Shown: in pieces, positions 55,168 to 64,000 of the stretch
Layout of the letters: every line of letters begins with the position of its first letter
How positions within the stretch are numbered: position 1 is the first letter of the stretch
From: Macrostomum lignano
Lineage: Eukaryota
DNA: 64,000 nucleotides
Reading direction: 5' to 3'
Assembly: GCA_002269645.1 (NCBI GenBank)
Contig: NIVC01002151.1
Span: forward strand, 124,001 to 188,000
Notes under the pieces: model-generated
What the model saw: only the letters and a program-made list of their open reading frames with translations
Databases searched by the model: none
Told to the model about the DNA's origin: nothing
Made by a program: the position numbers and the translations under genes

Positions 55168-58100
55168 GTGGCGGCAGCGGCAGATCGGCAAAACCATTGC
55201 GCCATGGCCACTGCCACCACGGCCGCTTCTGCTTCAACGAAGCTGCTCACGACTGCGGCTGCGGCAACGACGACAGCTGCGACAGCCGCGGCAGCCGCCA
55301 ACGGAACTCGCTCGTCGCTGGCGGGCCCGCTGGCCTGCACCGGCCAGCGCAAGTGGTACATCTTCCTGGCCAGCAGCGGCATCGTGCTCCTTGGCGGCGT
55401 CCTGTTCGTCCTTGTCTACCGCCTGCTGTCGCACCTGGCCGGCAAGATCGGGGCCGGCAGGGCCGGCGCCGCCGGCAAGCAGCCGGAGAACAAGGAGAAA
55501 ACGGATGACAGCGGAGACGAGGATGAGGCCGACGAGTCAACCGAAGAGGAAGTCGAAGTCGGCTGGCTGACGGAGGCCAAGGACTGGGCGGGCGAGCTGA
55601 TCTCCGGCCAGACCACCACAGGCCGCATCCTGGTGGTGCTGGTGTTCCTGATCAGCATCGCCTCCCTCATGGTGTACATCATCGACACGGCCAGCATGAA
55701 GCAGACCGAGGAGTGCATCCGCTGGTCGGACAGCCTGTCCCAGCAAATCGATCTCGCCTTCAATGTCATCTTCCTGATCTACTTCTTCATCCGGTTCATC
55801 GCCGCCCAGGACAAGCTGCTGTTCTGGTTCGAGATGTACAGCCTGGTGGACATCCTGACCATACCGCCGTCGTTTGTCTCAATCTACCTGAACCGCAACT
55901 GGATCGGGCTGCGCTCGACTCGAGCTCTGCGCATCCTCAGCCTGCCGGACGTGCTGCAGTACCTGAACATTCTGAAGACCAGCACGAGCATCCGGCTGTT
56001 CCAACTCATGACATTCTTCGCCTCCCTGGTGCTCACCGCGGCCGGCTTCGTGCACCTGATTGAGAACTCGGGCGACCCGCCGTCATTCACCAATCCGAAC
56101 ATCAGCTTCAACATGACCTATCCGACCTGCATCTATTTTGTTATCGTGACAATGTCGACTGTGGGCTACGGCGACATCTATTGCACCACGAGCACCGGCC
56201 GGCTGTTCTCCGCCCTGGTGATCATGGGCGGTCTGGCCGTGTTCGCCAACTCCATCCCGGAGATCGCAGACATTCTCAGCTCGCGCAACAAGTACGGCGG
56301 CTACTACCGCAAGGAGGCCGGCAAGCAGCACATCGTGCTGTGCGGCCACATCACCTACGAGTCCGTGGCCAACTTCCTCGGCGACTTCCTGCACGAGGAC
56401 CGCGAAGATGTTGACGTCCAGATTGTGATTCTGGACAAGCACGTGCCCGACCTGGAGCTGCAGGGCCTGTTCAAGCGTCACTTCACCCAGGTGGAGTTCT
56501 TCCAGGGCTCCGTGATGAACTCCAAGGACCTGTCCCGGGTGGGCCTGGAGACGGCGGACGCTTGCCTGGTGCTGGCCAACAAGTACTGCCCCGACCCGGA
56601 TGCTGAGGATGCGGCCAACATCATGCGCGTGATCTCCATCAAGAACTTCTACGAGCGGATCAAGGTGATCATCCAGCTGATGCAGTACCACAACAAGACT
56701 TACCTGCTGAACATCCCCAGCTGGGACTGGAAGCAGGGCGATGATGCCGTCTGCATCGCCGAGCTGAAGCTGGGCTTCCTGGCGCAGAGCTGCCTGGCGT
56801 TCGGCTTCTCCACCCTGCTGGCCAACCTATTCACCATGCGCAGCTACAAGGACGACAAGGCCATGCCGAAGTGGCTCAACAACTACCTGGAGGGCGCCGG
56901 CATGGAGATGTACACCGAGTACCTGTCGCCGGCGTTCGAAGGCCTGACGTTTCCCATGGCGGCTGAGCTCTGCTTCACCAGGCTGAACCTGCTGCTCATT
57001 GCTGTAGAGGCCAAGAACGACCAGGGCACGGAGAGCTGCATCGCCATCAACCCCAAGGAGAACATCCGCATCGAGCAGGGCACGCAGGGCTTCTTCATCG
57101 CCCAAGCGGCCGAGGAGGTCAAGAAGGCGTTTTTCTTCTGCAAACGCTGCCACGGCGACGTCGAAGACTCGCGTCTGATAAAGAAGTGCCGCTGCAAAAC
57201 TTCTGTGGCGATAACGGCCAAGTCAAAGTCGCAATCAAAGCAAAAGCAACTGCAACAACAGCAGCAGCAAAAGCAGCAGCATCAGCAGCAGGCAGCAAAT
57301 CCCAGGAGCAGAAATCACCCGGGCCAGGGCCAGAACTCGCTACCGGTTGCTACGGGCGGCTTGGGCGACGGAGGCGGCGCGAGTCCTGGCCGGCACCTGC
57401 AGCTGCCGGGATCGGCTCCGGAGCCGGGGGACATCAGCCACAGCAGCCGGCACGGCAAGCTCTCTGTGGCGCACACCAACCCGATCTCGCTGCAGAAGCT
57501 GCACGATCAGATGGACCGCAAGTTCGACTCCACTGGAATGTTCCACTGGTGTCCAGATGTGAACTTCGAGGACGCGATTCTGGACCGCGAGCAGGTCACG
57601 GCGACGGTGTACTCTAACCACATCGTCGTCTGCCTGTTCGCCGACGCTGGCAGCCCGTTGATCGGCCTGCGCAACTTCGTGATGCCGCTTCGGGCGAGCA
57701 ACTTTCATTATCACGACCTCAAGCACGTGATCTTCGTAGGCAACGCCGACTACATGCGGCGCGAGTGGAAGACGCTGATGAATTTTCCCAAGCTGAGCAT
57801 CTTCCCCGGCTCCCCGCTCAACCGGTCCAACCTGCGCGCGGTCAACATCAACCTGGCCGAGATCTGCGTGGTGCTGAGCTCGAAGCAGGCTTCGAATCTG
57901 GACGACCCGACTCTGGCCGATAAGGAGGCCATTCTGTGCTCGCTGAACATCAAGGCGATGAAGTTCGACACCGAGGCTCCACCGACTCAGCAGGTCGCCA
58001 CCACGCCACCGAGCTCCAATAACAATGTCCGAATCCTGACTGAGCTCTCCATGGACGATAACGTCCAGTTCCTCGAGCAGGACGACGACGATGACCCCGA

Positions 58101-58689
58101 CATCGAGCTGTACATGACGCAGCCGTTCGCCTGCGGCACCTCGTTTGCCATCAGCGTGCTCGACTCGCTCATGAGCACGGCCTATTTCAACGAGAATGCG
58201 CTGACGCTAATCCGGACGCTCATCACGGGCGGAGCAACGCCTGAGCTTGAGCAGATCCTGGCCGAGGGCGCCGGCATTCGCGGCGGCTTCAGCACGCCGG
58301 AGTCGTTGGCAAACCGGGACAGATCGCGAGTCTCCCAGCTGGCGGTTGACGACGAACGACTTCGAGAATTTGTCACCGGAGCCGGGGCGGTGTACTCCGA
58401 CCTGTTTCTGGGCGCTCTGCACCGGTACGGCATCCTCTGCATCGGCCTGTACCGGCTGCTCACCCCGCCGGAAGAGGGCAAGCAGACGCTCAAGAAGCGC
58501 TACATCATCACGAATCCGCCGGCCAAATTCCCGGTGCTGCTGTCGGATAGGGTGGTCTGCCTGCAGCGGTTCACCAACCAGCACGAGGGCCGGCACAGCC
58601 ACGGCAGCGGCGCAGCAAGCGGCGGCCCCGGTGGCTCCTCAATTGGCCGGCCGCCTCCGGGAGGCCTGCAGCACCAGAGATCCGCATGA
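55168..58689 (+). CDS. slo: Calcium-activated BK potassium channel alpha subunit (Slo1/slowpoke/KCNMA1 ortholog), single-exon ORF of 1173 aa
   Basis: S0 (WYIFLASS), [22 protein letters not shown]4 GLRxxRALR, pore [12 protein letters not shown]1 ([21 protein letters not shown]), heme motif CKRCH, calcium bowl [24 protein letters not shown] and C-terminal RYIITNPP. No in-frame stops. Confidence 0.97.
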   Translation: MAAAADRQNHCAMATATTAASASTKLLTTAAAATTTAATAAAAANGTRSSLAGPLACTGQRKWYIFLASSGIVLLGGVLFVLVYRLLSHLAGKIGAGRAGAAGKQPENKEKTDDSGDEDEADESTEEEVEVGWLTEAKDWAGELISGQTTTGRILVVLVFLISIASLMVYIIDTASMKQTEECIRWSDSLSQQIDLAFNVIFLIYFFIRFIAAQDKLLFWFEMYSLVDILTIPPSFVSIYLNRNWIGLRSTRALRILSLPDVLQYLNILKTSTSIRLFQLMTFFASLVLTAAGFVHLIENSGDPPSFTNPNISFNMTYPTCIYFVIVTMSTVGYGDIYCTTSTGRLFSALVIMGGLAVFANSIPEIADILSSRNKYGGYYRKEAGKQHIVLCGHITYESVANFLGDFLHEDREDVDVQIVILDKHVPDLELQGLFKRHFTQVEFFQGSVMNSKDLSRVGLETADACLVLANKYCPDPDAEDAANIMRVISIKNFYERIKVIIQLMQYHNKTYLLNIPSWDWKQGDDAVCIAELKLGFLAQSCLAFGFSTLLANLFTMRSYKDDKAMPKWLNNYLEGAGMEMYTEYLSPAFEGLTFPMAAELCFTRLNLLLIAVEAKNDQGTESCIAINPKENIRIEQGTQGFFIAQAAEEVKKAFFFCKRCHGDVEDSRLIKKCRCKTSVAITAKSKSQSKQKQLQQQQQQKQQHQQQAANPRSRNHPGQGQNSLPVATGGLGDGGGASPGRHLQLPGSAPEPGDISHSSRHGKLSVAHTNPISLQKLHDQMDRKFDSTGMFHWCPDVNFEDAILDREQVTATVYSNHIVVCLFADAGSPLIGLRNFVMPLRASNFHYHDLKHVIFVGNADYMRREWKTLMNFPKLSIFPGSPLNRSNLRAVNINLAEICVVLSSKQASNLDDPTLADKEAILCSLNIKAMKFDTEAPPTQQVATTPPSSNNNVRILTELSMDDNVQFLEQDDDDDPDIELYMTQPFACGTSFAISVLDSLMSTAYFNENALTLIRTLITGGATPELEQILAEGAGIRGGFSTPESLANRDRSRVSQLAVDDERLREFVTGAGAVYSDLFLGALHRYGILCIGLYRLLTPPEEGKQTLKKRYIITNPPAKFPVLLSDRVVCLQRFTNQHEGRHSHGSGAASGGPGGSSIGRPPPGGLQHQRSA

Positions 58690-58971
58690 GCCGTCGTTGC
58701 GTTGCCTGCAGTCTGTTTTGTCAACGAACCTGTGCTCTTTTACAGACGAGAACCGCATCGAATGCGCCGGAAACAAACAGAAATTTACACGCACTGCAGC
58801 TGCAGTAACAGTTGAGCACCCTTGCCTTTCTCTACACTTTAACAGCTTCCCTTCGGATGCGCCCCAACCTTCTCACCGCCGGCGATGCGTTCTCTTAACC
58901 CGCCATTCAATACCGACAGGTCGTCCGATTGTTTGCCATCAGGTGGGGCCATCGTGTAAAACTTATTCGCG

Positions 58972-58977
58972 AATAAA
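58972..58977 (+). terminator. Candidate polyadenylation signal (AATAAA) for slo
   Basis: First AATAAA about 280 nt after the stop, followed by a T-rich run. Confidence 0.4.
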
Positions 58978-60084
58978 TAATTTTTTTTACCTTCTAATGT
59001 GCCAGGTGATTTCAGTAGTGTTTTGTACTTCCTCTGGATAAAATCAGGTGACATTCTCAGAATCAGCATAGCCCATCTAACTAACGCGTCTTTTATTTAT
59101 TATTTATTAAAGGCAGGGGGGTTGTGTGCACCCTGGCGCACTTTAAGCGACATAGGCACACAACCGGCGAGAGGCATTACTGCCCATTCCGCCGACTCCC
59201 CTGAGCAGGCATACAAGCGCGCGCGGATACGTACGCAGGCACACACTCACACAGGAGTGTACAGCTGGGCTGCTCTGGGGCGCAGAAGTCAAGCAACGCT
59301 ATTTGTGATTAGAACTTCTTCAAGAGCTCTTCAACGCCACTATGGGGCCTAGCCATAGTCAAGAGTCAATTGACGTCAAATCTCTTCCTTTGATTCTGAG
59401 ATATCCCGAGTCATTTTAATAACTTGCTCACCTTGCTCACACACATCGACATTTGTCCCCAACATTATTATCAAGCAGTTTTGATTTAACATAGCTTCAA
59501 TTCATCATAGCAAACCTCTACCTGTTCACTAACTTCATTGGAATTAACATAGCCATCAACTTCGATCTCATTGGTTTACAATAAATTAATTATCCTTAAG
59601 TCCAATAGACTAATCTGATAAACATCTTCTATCTGGCCTGAACCCTCCCAGGTTTTATAATGCCACCTCAGGACCTGTCATATTGTTTGAACTTTTCTTT
59701 TACCAAACCAGACAATTTGACAAGAGCACAAGAAAGAATTGTTGGTTTAATGCTTTATTTTTCTCCGCATGGCAACTCACAAGTGTCTCACCTTTAGATG
59801 TTTTTTGATGATTAACTTGCTGAAGACTTTGTTGCGGCTTCTGTCTGAAGCGTTTTGCTCTATCCCAAATTCCTGCCCAATCTGAAACCAGTTCGCTTGT
59901 GTAACATTAATTAACTTCATTGTGAATTTGTGAATTTGTGCTCTCTGTTTCACTTAACTCTGCCCACCGTTTGGACTCACACCGACTCATCGGCAGGTGG
60001 CAAACTCTGCAAATACACGAAGTATATTACCAAAAAAATTACCGATTTTAAACTCAGTCTCTTGGATTAACTGTTACAGTAGAG

Positions 60085-60428
60085 TTCATCTCACTGTTAG
60101 ATACGGTTTTGACCATCTGTTACAGCTAATCTCACTGTTAGATACGGGTTAGACCATCTGTTACAGCTAATCTCACTGTTAGATACGGGTTAGACCATCT
60201 GTTACACCAGATCTCACTGTTAGATACGGGTTAGACCATCTGTTACAGCAAATCTCACTGTTAGATACGGGTTAGACCATCTGTTACAGCAGATCTCACT
60301 GTTAGATACGGGTTAGACAATCTGTTACAGCAGATCTCACTGTTAGATACGGGTTAGACCATCTGTTACAGCAGATCTCACTGTTAGATACGGGTTAGAC
60401 CATCTGTTACAGCAGATCTCACTGTTAG
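60085..60428. repeat. 41-bp minisatellite (ATCTCACTGTTAGATACGGGTTAGACCATCTGTTACAGCAG)n
   Basis: About 8 copies. Confidence 0.93.
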
Positions 60429-62659
60429 AATTTTTGGGTTCTCAAGCTAACAAGTACTCAAAAGGCCCAGCATCCTGACCGGTCTCAAAGTCAAAGAAAT
60501 TCATCTCAGTTTTAGGATTCGAAGTTAATTAACTAAGGCTGTTTGTGTCTCATCTCAAGATAAGAATTAATCAATCCATTCTGTTTGAGGGATATCCAAC
60601 TCAGTTCTGAGTTACTTTGAAGAAAGTGAAGACTGCGTTAGACAAATCAGCAGGAGGAAAACACTGTAAACGCAGTTTACATGCATCTGATAGATGGCAA
60701 AGAATGAATCTGGGGTCTTCGCGGGGACGAGAGGAAGTTGAGATAGCTAGAGCGGAAAGGATGGGGAATGATAATGCTGGAACAGGAAAGATGGGAGACG
60801 AATGCGTAGCTAAAGAAGACAAGGTGGAGAGGGGCATGAGCAGCTGGTAAGAAGACTCGATGAAGGTAAAGGAAAGAATGCTGTACTGTGTGTGGAGCTA
60901 GGACCAGAGCGTACAGTTAATGGAGAGAGAAAATGTCCGGACAACTACATGTATTTAGATATAGGTCAAGCCGGAGTTACGAGCTACCTGTGATTTGCTT
61001 TGAAGAAATAGCCATGAAATTCCATCGCGACCAAGTCCTGAGCGGTTCGCTCAACCTGCACATCCGCAAGCTGTCCGCAAGCCGTCTCCATCGCCAGTGC
61101 TGGATCAGAGAGAGCCGATGCGCTGTCACCACCAGCAAACTGTTGAGCTGTGGCCGCCGAGCCGGCCTGAGGCAAGTCAGCTGGCCGTCAGCGCGGATCC
61201 GAAGGTGAAGCGCCACAGCTACGGCTGCTTCCTGCCTGAGATCTGCATTGAAAGCGACGTCGATCTAACGACTGAAGCAGTCGATCAGTCGTCGGTCTCA
61301 GACTTTGGTGAGGCCAAGGAACTGTTGGAAGATCAGCGCCAGGTGGAGACAACTGGTAGAGACGGCAGACACGAGCAACTCATCACTGAGCTGTGAACAA
61401 ATGGCGTGTACGTCGTACATGCATGCATATATGAAGATGATTTGAATATCTTACGTCGAAGTTACAATGAATTCAACTTTTCTGGAGCAGAAAGATTGGA
61501 TAGCTTGTTTCTTAGAAAGTCTGAGAAAGAAAAGCAAAAATACATAGGGCATCCTGTATACATGTGTAGGGGATTGCCTAATAAAGAGTAGCAAGAAAAG
61601 AGTGTTAAGCGTATCTTACAAATGATAGCTCGTACGAGCATTAAGGTTGGCTAACCAGTCTATATATAGGCTTTCGCGATTTGAACTCTTTTGAGCACAC
61701 AGTGTTTGTACTTATAAATCTTAGCTCGTACACTGTCTGACAGAAAGCTCTTATTAGACTCTTTTTAGTCGTATATTTGAGCACTTACTTTACAAAAGGC
61801 GAAAGAACGTTTTCCTAGCAATCACAGTATAATCTACGTATACACCACGTATAATACTAACTACAAACTAAAAATATAAGGCATAAATTGTTAAATCTTT
61901 GGCCTGGCTGTCGGGAAACTGATGATTGGTTCGTCTTTGCTAATTTGCTAACTTCTAACTCTTTGTTACGAGCGTATTGCAAGTTCCTTTTTGGGAATTG
62001 CTGGTAGGAAATCCTTATACGAGAAAACTTTTTTCTGCTAAGTCTGTCACTATCGAAACAAGTTCAACGTATAGCATGGTTATGGATCGAACTGGTAAGT
62101 CATCATCATTGCAATTCTATATTTTATTAATGGAATCAAACTCATAATTTGAACTACCTTGACTTAGGTACAACTATATCTAGGAGCTAAAATGATTTCA
62201 CGATTTCATGAATTATCACATAACTAGACTTCCGACTCAGAAAGGCTATCACTCAAAAACCTGCTAGTTCGCGCATAGCCACTATTAACTGTGTCTAAAT
62301 ATATTATAATATTTCGAAACTCAACCTCTCGTGTCTAATTTGCTCCTCAGGTGGCGCTACCGAGTGATTTTTTGAGGGGGGGGGTCTCCCCAAAAATGGA
62401 AGGCATAGAAGGGGCGTTCTGCGATCTTTTCATTACCGAGACTGCACGCTCGTAACAGCGGACCTGCCTAATCTGCTACGAGATCAGGAGCGGGGCTAAC
62501 CAATATTCTGATGCTTGAGCTGCTGGCAGCTAAGGGCCAAGGCCCCTTTATTTAAGGAGGTTATCTCATTGGTCCCTCCCTTCCACCTACGTAAAGCAAC
62601 AAAGTTATTGGGATTATTTTGGGGCTAATTCGAGTATTGTACTAACTTGATGCCCTTTC

Positions 62660-63040
62660 CAATCGTCACAACTGATCACCCTTCCACTGCTTTACTCCGA
62701 ACAATGTACACTGATGGTGGTTGCTCTAAACTGTGCCTCTTTCACTGCTTTATTCACTCCGAACAATGTACACTGATTGTGGTTGCTCTAAACCGTGCCC
62801 CTTTCACTGCTTTATTCACTCCGAACAATGTACACTGATGGTGGTTGCTCTAAACTGTACCTCTTGCACTGCTTTATTCACTCCGAACAATGTACACTGA
62901 TGGTGGTTGCTCTAAACTGTACCTCTTGCACTGCTTTATTCACTCCGAACAATGTACACTGATGGTGGTTGCTCTAAACTGCACCTCTTGCACTGCTTTA
63001 TTCACTCCGAACAATGTACACTGATGGTTGCTCTAAACCA
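62660..63040. repeat. 62-bp tandem repeat (...CACTGCTTTATTCACTCCGAACAATGTACACTGATGGTGGTTGCTCTAAAC...)
   Basis: Period of 62 measured (62701, 62763, 62825); about 6 copies. Confidence 0.93.
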
Positions 63041-63302
63041 GTGTTGCCACTACAGCAACCAAAGAAATTATCGCAGGATAAGAAAAAAATCGCAGGAACA
63101 AATTTCTTATTTGTCATAGAGAAAAAGGCGCCAGTATGCGAAAACAACTTTCTTTTTTAGCTTTCCATTTCTAATTCCATCTTCTATTTGACTAAAAAAA
63201 CTACTACAATTTGCAATAACTGCATGCAACTCTCATTTACGCCGAATCAGTGAAGTAATCATACAACACAAGCATTTTCTTAAGGGAAGACAGGCATACA
63301 TA

Positions 63303-63910
63303 CACTCAGCAACAGTCGAAACCGCCACCCCACCGAGAGGCGACCTCTCTCTCACCTCAACTGCAAGTGACGCAACTTGCACCACGGCGCGGCCAAAGCT
63401 GGGTGAGAGTGAATTCCAGGATGAGAGTACAAAATGGACTGGGGTTGGGGTTGGGAGTGCAACAGTACACGTGACAATGGTCAGGCATATGACAGACGCT
63501 GAACGATGGCGCGCTGTTGGCATGCTAGAAGCTGGTGCATCCATCAGCGCAGTTGCTCGCCAATTTGGCCGATCACATTCAACAATTCGAGCGCTGTTAA
63601 CGAAGTCCCAAGAGACTGGTAGTGTTCAGCACGCAGCCATAGGCAGCCAGCGCCATGATCTCCGCGACTCAACAGCCAGGGCAAATCGACGTCTGCTGCG
63701 GATTGTCAGGCGAACTCCAACTGCGCCAGCCACCCTGCTCCGTCTAATGTGGGATGAAAGAAGCAGATGGGGTATCCCCTGATTGCCCTCTCCTGCATTC
63801 ACTCTCACCCAGCTCCAGCCACGCCGTGGCGCAAGCCACGCCACCCGCAGCCGAGGTGAGAGAGAAGTCGCCTCTCTCGGTAGGGCGGCGGTTTCGACTG
63901 TTGCTGAGTG
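63303..63910 (+). mobile_element. Tc1-like deletion derivative retaining the N-terminal DNA-binding region of the transposase
   Basis: TIRs CACTCAGCAACAGTCGAAACCGCC (63303) and GGCGGTTTCGACTGTTGCTGAGTG (ending 63910), extending ~120 bp. ORF 63471-63782 (ERWRAVGMLEAGASISAVARQFGRSHSTI...ETGSV) is a paired-type HTH with no DDE domain. Confidence 0.85.
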
Positions 63911-64000
63911 CATAATATAGAATACTGATGTTCATTATGGAACCGACCCGAGCAACCAACTAAAACACAAGACGCTACCTACGACCGCTGATGAGTAATA

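Noticed and set aside
55197-59041. Numerous overlapping and antisense ORFs across slo
   Set aside because: Expected by-products of GC-rich coding sequence; no recognisable domains.

Overview
This is a repeat-rich invertebrate (metazoan) genomic window with spliceosomal introns, GC-rich exons and AT-rich spacers. The style resembles the flatworm Macrostomum, but that is inference. It holds five host genes: the 3' part of an SLC17-family MFS transporter (5 exons, +), a probable allatotropin-like neuropeptide precursor (-), CFAP298 (3 exons, +), RPF1 (3 exons, +, two compensating indels) and an intronless 1173-aa Slo1/BK channel (+). Mobile DNA includes a full-length RNase H-bearing LINE with a 13-bp TSD and a decayed L2/CR1-group LINE carrying a nested Harbinger derivative and a Penelope RT fragment. 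There are also nested Tc1/mariner-type MITEs, two copies of a tRNA-derived SINE, a Tc1 deletion derivative and several foldback elements. About 25 tandem arrays and one assembly gap are present. The most unusual signals are (i) inverted transposon-like elements carrying a 62-bp copy of the 28S rRNA R2/I-PpoI target region with the cleavage core mutated, (ii) the neuropeptide precursor, (iii) a 6.7-kb inverted-repeat-bounded unit inside a (TCTG)n tract whose internal 238-bp satellite is built from its own terminal motif, and (iv) the intronless BK channel. Most long ORFs in the track are repeat artefacts.
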